Positions 11,907 through 20,395 of a stretch of 32,000 nucleotides of DNA are shown piece after piece (the stretch's first letter is position 1; each line of letters starts with the position of its first letter). A program made the position numbers and the translations under genes. The stretch lies in the sequence record KC012945.1. One strand, 5' to 3'. Below the pieces are notes generated by a model. That model was not told the DNA's origin and did no database searches. It saw only the letters and a program-made list of their open reading frames with translations.

Positions 11907-12887
11907 ATGCTTGTATTGACAATTTTAAAAATTTTATCAGTTGTTGTTATTGTTTTAATAGGAGTAGCTTATTTCACTTTGGCAGAACGAAAAATAATGG
12001 GGACTATACAGAGACGTAAAGGTCCTAATGTTGTTGGTTTTCAAGGGCTTTTGCAACCTTTAGCTGATGGTTTAAAGCTCTTTGTTAAAGAAAGTATTTT
12101 ACCAAGTAATGCTAACAAAACCTTATTTATTTTAGCTCCTATGCTAACTTTTGGTTTAAGTCTGATAGGTTGGGTTGTAATACCTTTTGGAGAATCTCTT
12201 GTATTAGCTGATATCAATGTTGGAATTCTTTATTTATTAGCCGTATCTGCTCTTGGTGTTTATGGTATTATTTTGGCAGGTTGGTCAAGTAATTCTAAAT
12301 ATGCTTTTTTAGGTGCCTTGAGATCTGCAGCTCAAATGGTCTCTTATGAAGTGTCAATTGGATTTATTTTGATAACTGTTGTTCTTTGCTCAGGTTCTTT
12401 TAATTTATCTTCAATTGTGTTAGCTCAAGAAAAAGTATGGTTCTGTGTTCCACATTTACCCATGTTTGTGCTTTTTTTTATATCTGCTTTAGCAGAAACG
12501 AATAGACACCCTTTTGATTTACCTGAAGCAGAAGCAGAGCTAGTTTCTGGCTACAACGTAGAATATTCTGCTATGGGATTTGCATTATTTTTCCTGGGCG
12601 AATATGCTAATATGTTATTGATGAGTGCTTTGACTGCCATTCTATTCTTGGGTGGTTGGCTTCCACTTCTTGATATTTTTCCATTTACAATTATTCCTAA
12701 TTCAGTTTGGTTTGGCTTAAAAATAGGGGGTTTCGTTGTATTATTCATAGTAATGCGTGCTTGTTTACCGCGTTTTCGTTATGACCAGTTAATGAGCTTA
12801 GGATGGAAAGTTTTTTTACCATTTTCTCTGGGTTGGTTAATTTTAACAGCAAGTGTTTTAATGAGTTTTAACTGGCTACCTAACTAA
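11907..12887 (+). CDS. nad1: NADH dehydrogenase subunit 1
   Basis: 326-aa ORF with [41 protein letters not shown] and FLGEYANM. Confidence 0.97.
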   Translation: MLVLTILKILSVVVIVLIGVAYFTLAERKIMGTIQRRKGPNVVGFQGLLQPLADGLKLFVKESILPSNANKTLFILAPMLTFGLSLIGWVVIPFGESLVLADINVGILYLLAVSALGVYGIILAGWSSNSKYAFLGALRSAAQMVSYEVSIGFILITVVLCSGSFNLSSIVLAQEKVWFCVPHLPMFVLFFISALAETNRHPFDLPEAEAELVSGYNVEYSAMGFALFFLGEYANMLLMSALTAILFLGGWLPLLDIFPFTIIPNSVWFGLKIGGFVVLFIVMRACLPRFRYDQLMSLGWKVFLPFSLGWLILTASVLMSFNWLPN

Positions 12888-12930
12888 AAATTGTACAAAC
12901 TCTTAATCAATAATTTTGTTATAATACCTG

Positions 12931-13002
12931 TGGAGTATAGCCAAGTGGCAAGGCATCCGTTTTTGGTACGGATATTCAAAGGTTCGAATCCTTTTACTCC
13001 AA
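12931..13002 (+). tRNA. trnQ(uug): tRNA-Gln, anticodon UUG
   Basis: Acceptor TGGAGTA/TACTCCA, anticodon stem TCCGT/ACGGA with loop TTTTGGT, T arm AAAGG-TTCGAAT-CCTTT. Confidence 0.9.
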
Positions 13003-13010
13003 CTATTTAT

Positions 13011-13085
13011 GGCGAGTATAACTCAATTGGTTAGAGTGCCAAATTGTGGCTTTGGAAGTTACGGGTTCGAATCCCGTTATTCGCC
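13011..13085 (+). tRNA. trnH(gug): tRNA-His, anticodon GUG, with a genome-encoded G-1
   Basis: G-1 at 13011 sits opposite discriminator C. Acceptor GCGAGTA/TATTCGC, anticodon stem CCAAA/TTTGG with loop TTGTGGC, T arm ACGGG-TTCGAAT-CCCGT. The 3' end overlaps the tatC stop on the other strand. Confidence 0.9.
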
Positions 13086-13796
13086 CTTTTTGTATTCTTT
13101 TGTTAAAAATAATGTAAATAAAAAAATTTCGAATGAAATTAAAAACATTAGACCAACAACAATTTGACTAAAAACATCAGGTGGTGTTATTAAAGTAGCA
13201 AAAATGAAAAAAATTACATAAAATACTTTTCGATGTTTTATTGTAAAATTTAATGTTGTTTTATTCAAAAATAAAATAAAAACTAAAAAGATATGTAAAC
13301 CTATGTTAAGTAATAAAAAGGTTTCGACAAAAAAATTTAAATAATCTGCTATTCTTGTTTCTAAATGTATACTTACTAAATTTTTATTTGCATCTAACTG
13401 AAAACTATTGAAAAATTTCCAACAATGGGGTAAAAAAATTTCCAATGTAAAATAGGTAGTAAACAGATATAAAAAAACGGATACAATAAACAAATTACGT
13501 AAAATTGTATACTCATATTTATATAAGGCTGGTATCAAAAATAAAGCTAGTTGAATAAGCAATACAGGATATAAGCAATAGAAACTTACAAAGAAACTTA
13601 ATTTTATAAAAACAAAGAAAATTTCAGTTAGATTAGTAGATATAAAATAAGGGAAAACATTTTGTTGATGTTGTCCTAGCAAATAAACAAGTTCTGTTTT
13701 ATAGCTATAAACAACTATAAAATTAAATAACCAAGTAAAAAACAAAATAAAAAACCTATTATAAATCTCTAAAAAATAAATTGTTACTTTTATCAT
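13077..13796 (-). CDS. tatC: Twin-arginine translocase subunit TatC (ymf16/mttB); the only minus-strand gene in the window
   Basis: Polytopic ORF with FLEIYNRF (the HLxELRxR position), FLIPALYKYE (the PGLYxxE position) and LITPPDVFSQ. I use the first ATG (13796). The ORF track extends to a TTG at 13841. Confidence 0.85.
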   Translation of the reverse strand: MIKVTIYFLEIYNRFFILFFTWLFNFIVVYSYKTELVYLLGQHQQNVFPYFISTNLTEIFFVFIKLSFFVSFYCLYPVLLIQLALFLIPALYKYEYTILRNLFIVSVFLYLFTTYFTLEIFLPHCWKFFNSFQLDANKNLVSIHLETRIADYLNFFVETFLLLNIGLHIFLVFILFLNKTTLNFTIKHRKVFYVIFFIFATLITPPDVFSQIVVGLMFLISFEIFLFTLFLTKEYKKGE

Positions 13797-13832
13797 ACGC
13801 GTAAATAAAAAAATAAGATTATAAAATAATAA

Positions 13833-14171
13833 ATGAAACAATACAAAGAATCTGAATTACTCTTACGTTTCCAGACGCACAATAAGGAAAGTTTTAAACA
13901 TTTTGTAAAAACACTAAAATTTTTAGCTTCGGCTAAAAATTTAGACTTTTCTTTTATAAGCATGCCGATTGAAATAAAAAAATTTACTGTTTTAAAATCC
14001 CCCCACGTTAACAAAAAAGCAAAAGAACGTTACGAAATTCGTTTGTATAACGGTTTAATTCTTCTAAAAGGAGCTTTCTTAAAAAACAAATTAATCCATA
14101 GTATTAATGCAAATATATCATCTGATCTTCTTGTCAAAATTTCTTTTCGCTATAACCAATGTTCAAATTAA
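13833..14171 (+). CDS. rps10: Ribosomal protein S10
   Basis: 112-aa ORF with the uS10 core FTVLKSPHVNKKAKERYEIRLY. Confidence 0.85.
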   Translation: MKQYKESELLLRFQTHNKESFKHFVKTLKFLASAKNLDFSFISMPIEIKKFTVLKSPHVNKKAKERYEIRLYNGLILLKGAFLKNKLIHSINANISSDLLVKISFRYNQCSN

Positions 14172-14632
14172 AAGAATTTTACCAATATAAACGTGAATTA
14201 AAAAAAGATAACGCAAATTTACAAGACAAATTATTATCTTGTAAATTTCAGCCAACAAACCAAAAAAATAGTGTTTTAGCCAAGAGTTGTCAAGCTATAC
14301 TTTATGTAAAATCGTCAAAGAATAACACAATAGTAAGTTTAACAAACCTAAAAGGAAGAGTTCAGTTTATTAAATCTTGTGGGAGTCTAGGTTTTCAAGG
14401 TAAAAAAAAACGCACTACAAAATTTGCTGTTAAATCTACTCTATGTTTTATTATCAAAAAAGCTCAAGAACAAGGGCATCAAAAAGTTTTTTTGCATTTA
14501 AATGGGTTTGCAAGGGCACGTTCTGCGGTTTTGCATTATTTAAACAAAAATAATTTGGAAATAGAAGGAATTCGTGATCTTACACCAAATCCGCACAATG
14601 GATGTAGACCTAAAAAAGTTAGGCGTGTATAA
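14159..14632 (+). CDS. rps11: Ribosomal protein S11
   Basis: 157-aa ORF with NNTIVSLTNLKG, GFQGKKKRTTKFA and the C-terminal DLTPNPHNGCRPKKVRRV. It overlaps rps10 by 13 nt. Confidence 0.9.
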   Translation: MFKLKEFYQYKRELKKDNANLQDKLLSCKFQPTNQKNSVLAKSCQAILYVKSSKNNTIVSLTNLKGRVQFIKSCGSLGFQGKKKRTTKFAVKSTLCFIIKKAQEQGHQKVFLHLNGFARARSAVLHYLNKNNLEIEGIRDLTPNPHNGCRPKKVRRV

Positions 14633-14917
14633 AAATACACAACTTTTTACGTACCTAAATACAAATCCTTTCAGTGTTATTTGAAACGACCTTTTTGGCG
14701 CAATTTGATACATTATCCAACCCATCAAACACTATAATACTTTTAAATTTCTCAAAGTATTCACTGTTATGTGCACAAGCAGCTTAATGAAGAAAATACA
14801 ATTACTACCTTTCTTTTATAAGAAGGAGATCTTTATAAGGAGGGGGAAAAAGGGGGTGGTTAATTTGAAGAGGATGTTGAATTTTTCTTTGGTTATCTAT
14901 TTTAATATTTTAAATTA

Positions 14918-14955
14918 ATAGTTGATAAGAGTTCCTCCCAACCCTTATCAACTAT
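14918..14955. repeat. Perfect 12-bp inverted repeat (ATAGTTGATAAG / CTTATCAACTAT) with a 14-nt C-rich loop
   Basis: Read directly. Arms at 14918-14929 and 14944-14955, loop AGTTCCTCCCAACC. Confidence 0.8.
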
Positions 14956-15210
14956 ATTGAAAATATCAATTTTAATATGTATATAATATATATTAGCATA
15001 AAACAATATAAATAACATAATCTACTACGCATTGAAGAGATCAAATAAATATAATGTGTAAGTCAATTTAAAAAAAGTAGAAAAAGGTAAAGTAACAACA
15101 CAATGTCTGTTTAAGGTTTTGGCTTATTTTTATTGATTGAAACTAATACATCTACAAACAACTTCAGCAAAGAAAAGTTGATTTTTAAAATTGTAAATTA
15201 AAGCTTGTAT

Positions 15211-15222
15211 AAAAAATAAAAT
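15211..15222 (+). promoter_or_regulatory. Exact copy of the AAAAAATAAAAT upstream motif, 15 nt before the nad4 ATG
   Basis: Exact 12-mer read directly. Confidence 0.35.
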
Positions 15223-15237
15223 TTAAAATATAAAAAA

Positions 15238-16815
15238 ATGTTTAAACTTTTTACATCTTCTAATTTCATTAATAAAATTTTAATTAGCTTCTTAGTTGTA
15301 TTAGCCTATAATTTTATTATCAGTGTTAATTTAATTTTAAGTTTTCTAATACTTTTTCCACTTTTTGGCAGTTTTGTAATTGCTTGGTTGCCAAATGAAC
15401 AAAAAACTCTAATGAAGAGTCTTGCTTTAATAATCTCAGGTATTACTTTTCTATTTTCTTTGGCTTTGTGGGTTAATTTTAATAAATCTTTATCTAAGTT
15501 TCAATTTATCGAAACTGTCCATTATTGGTTCCCATGGGATTCAAATTCATCGACATACGTTTTATTGGGCGTAGATGGTATTTCTCTTTTTTTTGTTATT
15601 TTAACAACTTTATTAATTTTTGTATGTTTGTTATCTAGTTGGGATAATATACACATCCATTTAAAAGAATATCTTTTAACTTTTCTCATTTTGGAATCTT
15701 TATTGTTGGGAGTATTTATAATTTTAGATTTGTTAATGTTCTATATTCTTTTTGAGGCAACTCTTATTCCAATGTTTATTATGATTTTAACTTGGGGATC
15801 AAGAGAGAGAAAAATAAGAGCTGCTACTATGTTATTCCTTTATACTTTATTCGGTTCTGTATTTATGTTGGCAGGTATTATATATATTTATTGGACCGTA
15901 GGTAGCACTGATTACCAAATTGTTGTTGCCTCTGCTCAATTTACTTCTTTTGAGCAACGACTTTTATGGCTGTCTTTTTTCCTTTCTTTTGCCACAAAAG
16001 TTCCAATGCTTCCTGTTCATATTTGGTTACCTGAAGCTCATGTGGAAGCACCAACTGCTGGGTCTGTAATATTGGCTGGAATATTGTTAAAATTAGGAAG
16101 TTATGGGTTTTTGAGATTTTCCCTACCTTTGTTTTCAGAAGCTAATTTTTATTTTACACCTCTAGTTTATTCTATTGCTGTGCTCGGAGTCATTTATACT
16201 TCATTGACCGCAATTCGTCAAACAGATTTTAAACGTATAATAGCTTATACTTCTGTTGCTCATATGAATATTGTTATGATTGGGATTTATAGTTTTAACT
16301 TGATAGGTCTAGGGGGTTCCATTTTGCAAAGCATTAGCCATGGTTTTGTTTCAAGTGCATTGTTTCTTATTATAGGTGTTGTTTATGATCGTTTTCATAC
16401 TCGATTGATAAAATATTATAGTGGATTGGTTCATATTATGCCATTATACGCACTTATATTTTTGTTTTTTACAATGGCCAATATTGCTTTACCTGGTACT
16501 AGTAGTTTCGTTGGAGAATTTCTTATCCTTGCGGGTAGTTTTAAAGAAAATACTACCGTAACTTTTTTGGGCGCTACTGGGATGATTTTGGGTGGAGCTT
16601 ATTCCTTATGGCTCTATAATAGAGTAATCTATGGAAATTTAAAAAAAGATGAAGGACACCTTCATTTAAAATATTCTTATGATATTAATAGACGAGAATT
16701 TTACGTGTTTTTGCCTTTAATTATAGGAACTATTCTAATGGGTATTTATCCTAAGATTTTTTTAGATCCTCTAGAAGCAAGTTTGTTAAATCTCGTTTTT
16801 CAACTTAAAAATTAA
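15238..16815 (+). CDS. nad4: NADH dehydrogenase subunit 4
   Basis: 525-aa ORF with VHIWLPEAHVEAPTAGSVILAGILLKLGSYG and IAYTSVAHMN. Confidence 0.96.
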   Translation: MFKLFTSSNFINKILISFLVVLAYNFIISVNLILSFLILFPLFGSFVIAWLPNEQKTLMKSLALIISGITFLFSLALWVNFNKSLSKFQFIETVHYWFPWDSNSSTYVLLGVDGISLFFVILTTLLIFVCLLSSWDNIHIHLKEYLLTFLILESLLLGVFIILDLLMFYILFEATLIPMFIMILTWGSRERKIRAATMLFLYTLFGSVFMLAGIIYIYWTVGSTDYQIVVASAQFTSFEQRLLWLSFFLSFATKVPMLPVHIWLPEAHVEAPTAGSVILAGILLKLGSYGFLRFSLPLFSEANFYFTPLVYSIAVLGVIYTSLTAIRQTDFKRIIAYTSVAHMNIVMIGIYSFNLIGLGGSILQSISHGFVSSALFLIIGVVYDRFHTRLIKYYSGLVHIMPLYALIFLFFTMANIALPGTSSFVGEFLILAGSFKENTTVTFLGATGMILGGAYSLWLYNRVIYGNLKKDEGHLHLKYSYDINRREFYVFLPLIIGTILMGIYPKIFLDPLEASLLNLVFQLKN

Positions 16816-16830
16816 TCTTTATTTTTTTTA

Positions 16831-16913
16831 ACCAAAGTGGTGAAATTGGCAGACACGCTAGGTTTAGGTTCTAGTTCTTTAACAGAATAGGGGTTCAAGT
16901 CCCCTCTTTGGTA
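16831..16913 (+). tRNA. trnL(uag): tRNA-Leu, anticodon UAG, with a long variable arm
   Basis: Acceptor ACCAAAG/CTTTGGT, anticodon stem CTAGG/TCTAG with loop TTTAGGT, long variable arm, T arm AGGGG-TTCAAGT-CCCCT. Confidence 0.9.
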
Positions 16914-16923
16914 TTAACACACA

Positions 16924-17310
16924 ATGCAACATTCAATTTGGAAGATGTACTCTACCATTCGTAATGGCTTATTAACACGTAAAAAGTCTGTTTTACACCC
17001 TCATAAAGCTATATGTATCGATGTTTTAAAAGTAATGTACAAAGAAGGTTATATTAATGGTTTTCGTAAGCTTTCAGGTCAGTCTGATAAAATAGAAATT
17101 TTTTTTAAGTACAATAACGGAAACCCTGCGATTACAAAACTTTCAGCTTTATCAAAACCAAGTTGTAGACTTTACGTAAGAGTAGAAAGTTTATGGAAAC
17201 TTAACACGTCATTGCAAACACTGATTATATCTACACCACGAGGAATTTTTTCTGATAAAGAGTGCCGTAAGTTACACTTAGGTGGTGAAATTCTTTGTGT
17301 TTTACAATAA
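16924..17310 (+). CDS. rps8: Ribosomal protein S8
   Basis: 128-aa ORF with YINGF, LSKPSCRLYV and ISTPRGIFSDKECRKLHLGGEILCVL. Confidence 0.9.
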   Translation: MQHSIWKMYSTIRNGLLTRKKSVLHPHKAICIDVLKVMYKEGYINGFRKLSGQSDKIEIFFKYNNGNPAITKLSALSKPSCRLYVRVESLWKLNTSLQTLIISTPRGIFSDKECRKLHLGGEILCVLQ

Positions 17311-17317
17311 AAAGATA

Positions 17318-17869
17318 ATGTTTATAACCAAAAGTTATTATTTGCGTCAATCAAAAAACTTAAAACTTTATTTGTGGTGTAACCAAAAAGTTTTGCTTGT
17401 TGAAGGTCCTAAAGGTTTCATAATTTACCCGTTATATACTGAATTTGAATATTCTAGACTTGATAAAAAACTTTATTTGATCCGATCGCTTTCTTGTGAA
17501 AAAAAGAAAGCTTTTTTTAATATGTACCAAATTCTTTTAGCTCAATCAGCTCTTGGTGTTTTATTGGGTTATCGAAGACAACTAAACATTATTGGGATCG
17601 GATACCAAATTTCTATTGAGAATTTTTCAAACTCTAATTTTTTGATATTTAAATTGGGTTTTAGTCATCAAATTAGGATAAAACTTCCTAACTACGTACA
17701 ACTTTCTATACCCAAACCGCGAATTTTATTGTTAAAAGGTATAAATTTACAAAAATTACATAATTTTTCGGCTATATTGCGTAGACTAAAATTACCTTCA
17801 GCGTATAAAGAAAAAGGTATTTACTACTTGGGAGAAAAAGTTTCCCTAAAACAAGGCAAAAAAACTTAA
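17318..17869 (+). CDS. rpl6: Ribosomal protein L6
   Basis: Motifs IGIGYQ, LGFSHQIRIKLP and the C-terminal PSAYKEKGIYYLGEKVSLKQGKK. I prefer the ATG at 17318. The track's GTG at 17282 would overlap rps8. Confidence 0.85.
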   Translation: MFITKSYYLRQSKNLKLYLWCNQKVLLVEGPKGFIIYPLYTEFEYSRLDKKLYLIRSLSCEKKKAFFNMYQILLAQSALGVLLGYRRQLNIIGIGYQISIENFSNSNFLIFKLGFSHQIRIKLPNYVQLSIPKPRILLLKGINLQKLHNFSAILRRLKLPSAYKEKGIYYLGEKVSLKQGKKT

Positions 17870-17874
17870 TATCA

Positions 17875-18513
17875 ATGAAAATTATACAGAATAATTTAAA
17901 CCGTTTTGTTGTGCAAAAGTTTATTACTTATAAGTTGCACATTGGTTCATTAAAATCTTTGTGGAACCCAAGATTTAAACCTTTTTTAAATGGATTTCGT
18001 AATAATTTTTGCATAATAAATCCAGAATTAAGTGTGCTTTACTTAAAACGCGCCTATAAAATTTTACAAAAAATTCATTTGTCCAACAAAAAGATTCTTT
18101 TTATAGGAAGTCCTGTTGGTTTAGAAAAAGAATTTTCGTGTTTATGCATTCAGAATAATCACTATTTTATGGAAAAAGGTATTTATGGATTTTTCAGCAA
18201 TTATGAAAATAAAGCTTCGTTAAATATATTTAACACCCAAATTAGTAGTAAACAACCAGATGTTATTTTTATCTTTAATCCTTCTTTAAATCTTATGGTA
18301 TTTGAAGAAACCAAAGGTTTAGATATTCCTATTATATCTTTTGTTAGTACAGACGATGATTATTTCAAACTAGATTATCCTATACCTGCCAATATAAAAT
18401 CTAAAAAAGGCGGGTTATTTGTTTATAATCTTTTCCATTATCTTTTTACTACAAAAGTACGTAAATTTTCAGATCGAAAAATAAAGTCTAGAAATAAAAT
18501 TGATAAATATTAA
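17875..18513 (+). CDS. rps2: Ribosomal protein S2
   Basis: 212-aa ORF with LHIGSLKSLWNPRFKPFLNGFRNNFCIINPE, then LFIGS and PIISFVSTD. Confidence 0.85.
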   Translation: MKIIQNNLNRFVVQKFITYKLHIGSLKSLWNPRFKPFLNGFRNNFCIINPELSVLYLKRAYKILQKIHLSNKKILFIGSPVGLEKEFSCLCIQNNHYFMEKGIYGFFSNYENKASLNIFNTQISSKQPDVIFIFNPSLNLMVFEETKGLDIPIISFVSTDDDYFKLDYPIPANIKSKKGGLFVYNLFHYLFTTKVRKFSDRKIKSRNKIDKY

Positions 18514-18637
18514 AAGAAAAATTTTTCTAACCGAATATTGAATTTAAAATCCACGAAATCATATCGAACTCGATTGGAAATTTTACTCAAACCGAAGATA
18601 CCATGAAAATGGGAAATACGGCAACAGCAAAGTAATA

Positions 18638-19363
18638 ATGTCTATCAAACGTTATGCACCTAAATTTAAAAAGTTAAACCGGCTAAAAAAAGCTTTTTGG
18701 CGAGAAAAAGGCTTAAAAATTGTACGATTTGAAAAACAAAAATGGGATAATATTAAAAACTTTTATTATTCTCGCAAATATAGATTTTTTAATCAAGATA
18801 AATCGGCGTATCCTTTGAATAGGTCTTACGAAGATGAAAAATTAATAAGATTAAAAAAAATATATAAATTCTTACTCTTAGATAAACAACGTTTACAGCT
18901 TTATTATGGGGGGGGAAGACTTAAGTATTATCAATTAAAAAATTTGACTCGTGAAGCTCTACGTTTGGGAACAAGATCTGATGTTTCACCAGCTAGGAGT
19001 ATGCTTTCTTTAGTCGAAAATAGACTACAAAATTTGCTTTATCGATTAGGTTACGCGTCCAGTTTAATGGAGGCTCGTCGTTTGATAAAATCTGGTCATA
19101 TTGAAATTTCAGGTTTAGTTTCTAGAAATTGTTCATTCGATCTTAAAAAATTTGATATAGTACAGCTAGATCCTATTAAATCTCATGAAATCATTTCAGG
19201 TTACCTAAAAAGAACAATACTTTTTTTTTATTTTAGGCATAAAAAATCACGAAAAAAGTTTTTATATAAAAAGGTATCGAGTTTTAGTAGTTCTGTTATT
19301 GTAAATAATTCTTATGATTTTTATAGTAATTTGAAAAATGGTATAAAAGTTTTACAAAAATAA
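18638..19363 (+). CDS. rps4: Ribosomal protein S4, N-terminal region plus the S4 RNA-binding domain. It ends at a TAA that is in frame with the next ORF.
   Basis: 241-aa ORF with LENRLQNLLYRLGYASSLMEARRLIKSGHIEISG. It lacks the usual uS4 C-terminal block, which is found in 19382-20353. Confidence 0.85.
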   Translation: MSIKRYAPKFKKLNRLKKAFWREKGLKIVRFEKQKWDNIKNFYYSRKYRFFNQDKSAYPLNRSYEDEKLIRLKKIYKFLLLDKQRLQLYYGGGRLKYYQLKNLTREALRLGTRSDVSPARSMLSLVENRLQNLLYRLGYASSLMEARRLIKSGHIEISGLVSRNCSFDLKKFDIVQLDPIKSHEIISGYLKRTILFFYFRHKKSRKKFLYKKVSSFSSSVIVNNSYDFYSNLKNGIKVLQK

Positions 19364-19381
19364 GATAAGAAAGCATCAAAA

Positions 19382-20353
19382 ATGAATTATGAAAAAAATA
19401 AATGCTTATTAAAAACTAATAGCTCTTTTTCTTTTCCAAAGAGGTTTTCTAACAGATCTTTTTTTAGTAAATTAGAAAACCTTAAATATTTTCCTGCACT
19501 GAAAAATGCAGAATTACCTTTTTCACTTACAAGCTCGGGTCATTTAAATATCAAAACTTCAATATACATATTACTAAAAATTTTGAAAGGATATCAAAGA
19601 ACAAATATAAGTTTCTATAACGATTTTTCTCTTAAAGCTTTAAATGATTTTTCTTTTAAATTACAAAGTAGTGGATTTTATACTAGTGTACTAGAAAGCC
19701 AAAGGAAAAAAAAGTTAGAAGAAATTCGCATGCAAATATTAAAGTTTTATACTTTTTCTATTTTAAAACAATACAATAGAAACAATATTGTTATTGATTG
19801 TTCGATCTTAAATGAAAACTATTCACCTAAGAAAGGTTACAAAAATTTTTATGACAATTTAAAAATATCAAAATTGACTAATCGTATAAAAAGATCAAAA
19901 GCATATCAAAAAAGTTATTCTTTTTCAGTTCTTCAAAAGAAGTATACAAAAATTCTTGAATCAAGATTATTTCTTTACCTTAAAGCTCATAAAAAAAAAT
20001 ACAAAATTATTTTTAAGAATCTTAATTTGAATAGATTGAAGATAAAACAACTTTTTAATCTTTTTTCAAAGACAAAGAAAAAATTTGTAAAAGAAAAGAA
20101 AAATTTTTTTCTTCAATATAAAAGACTAACTTGGAAACGCAAAAAACAACGAGACAGAAAAAAAATAGGAATTTTTTATTTTCTTAGGAAACGGCGCCGT
20201 ACTCTCTATAATTATTATATTCCACGACACTTAGAAATAAATTACAAAACTTTCGATTTTATTCACTTAGGTAAGTTCGATTTATCAACAACTAATTCAA
20301 AGATTACATTTTGGTTAAATTTAAGACGTTTGCTTACTTTTGTTTCTTTATAA
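19382..20353 (+). CDS. orf323: a Lys/Asn-rich ORF whose C-terminus carries the uS4 C-terminal motif. Probably the distal part of rps4.
   Basis: It is in the same frame as 18638-19363 (19382-18638 = 744 = 3 x 248), and a single TAA at 19361-19363 separates them. The C-terminus IPRHLEINYKTFDF..WLNLRRLL resembles E. coli S4 PTWLEVD..INEHLIV and plant mitochondrial RPS4 LPTHYLEVNYRT..DLNLLLW (both recalled from memory). Confidence 0.6.
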   Translation: MNYEKNKCLLKTNSSFSFPKRFSNRSFFSKLENLKYFPALKNAELPFSLTSSGHLNIKTSIYILLKILKGYQRTNISFYNDFSLKALNDFSFKLQSSGFYTSVLESQRKKKLEEIRMQILKFYTFSILKQYNRNNIVIDCSILNENYSPKKGYKNFYDNLKISKLTNRIKRSKAYQKSYSFSVLQKKYTKILESRLFLYLKAHKKKYKIIFKNLNLNRLKIKQLFNLFSKTKKKFVKEKKNFFLQYKRLTWKRKKQRDRKKIGIFYFLRKRRRTLYNYYIPRHLEINYKTFDFIHLGKFDLSTTNSKITFWLNLRRLLTFVSL

Positions 20354-20395
20354 TTAGTCGTTATATTATAACCATACTTTTAAAAAATTAAAATT

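Larger units (their letters stand above)
14633..15237. other. Largest gene-free spacer in the window (605 bp). Candidate control region, function unproven.
   Basis: I could fold no convincing ORF, tRNA or rRNA here. It contains a 12-bp perfect hairpin, a G-rich tract (14839-14860), the direct repeat CTTTATAAG(A/G)AGG, and a TA-rich run near 14975-14995. Confidence 0.5.

Noticed and set aside
14779-14796. Shared 18-mer GCAGC(T/C)TAATGAAGAAAA between the large spacer (14779-14796) and the trnD-trnG spacer (29335-29352)
   Set aside because: My rough estimate for a 17-of-18 match among all position pairs in 32 kb of AT-rich sequence gives several expected chance hits. It is not significant on its own.
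14640-14830. Possible 5S rRNA in the first part of the rps11-nad4 spacer (CCAACCCATCAAACAC vaguely resembles the 5S CCCATGCCGAAC region)
   Set aside because: I could not find a closing helix I or loop-E-like elements around it. The similarity is too short to support a call.
14787-14918. 43-aa ORF in the large spacer (MKKIQLLPFFYKKEIFIRRGKKGVVNLKRM...), superficially basic like a small ribosomal protein such as L36
   Set aside because: It lacks the Cys/His zinc-ribbon residues and the C-terminal KHKQRQG of L36. The basic patch comes from the G/A-rich tract. There is not enough evidence.
17282-17317. GTG-initiated 5' extensions of rpl6 (17282) and nad3 (25778), and a TTG extension of tatC (to 13841), as given by the ORF track
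   Set aside because: Each extension overlaps the preceding gene or neighbouring gene and adds non-conserved residues. An ATG occurs right where the conserved protein begins (17318, 25829, 13796).
18514-18637. 124-nt rps2-rps4 spacer, examined for a tRNA or gene remnant
   Set aside because: It has no T-loop (GTTCRAAT) or cloverleaf and no ORF. Only a tiny palindrome (ATCGAACTCGAT) is present. It remains unexplained, and I can support nothing there.
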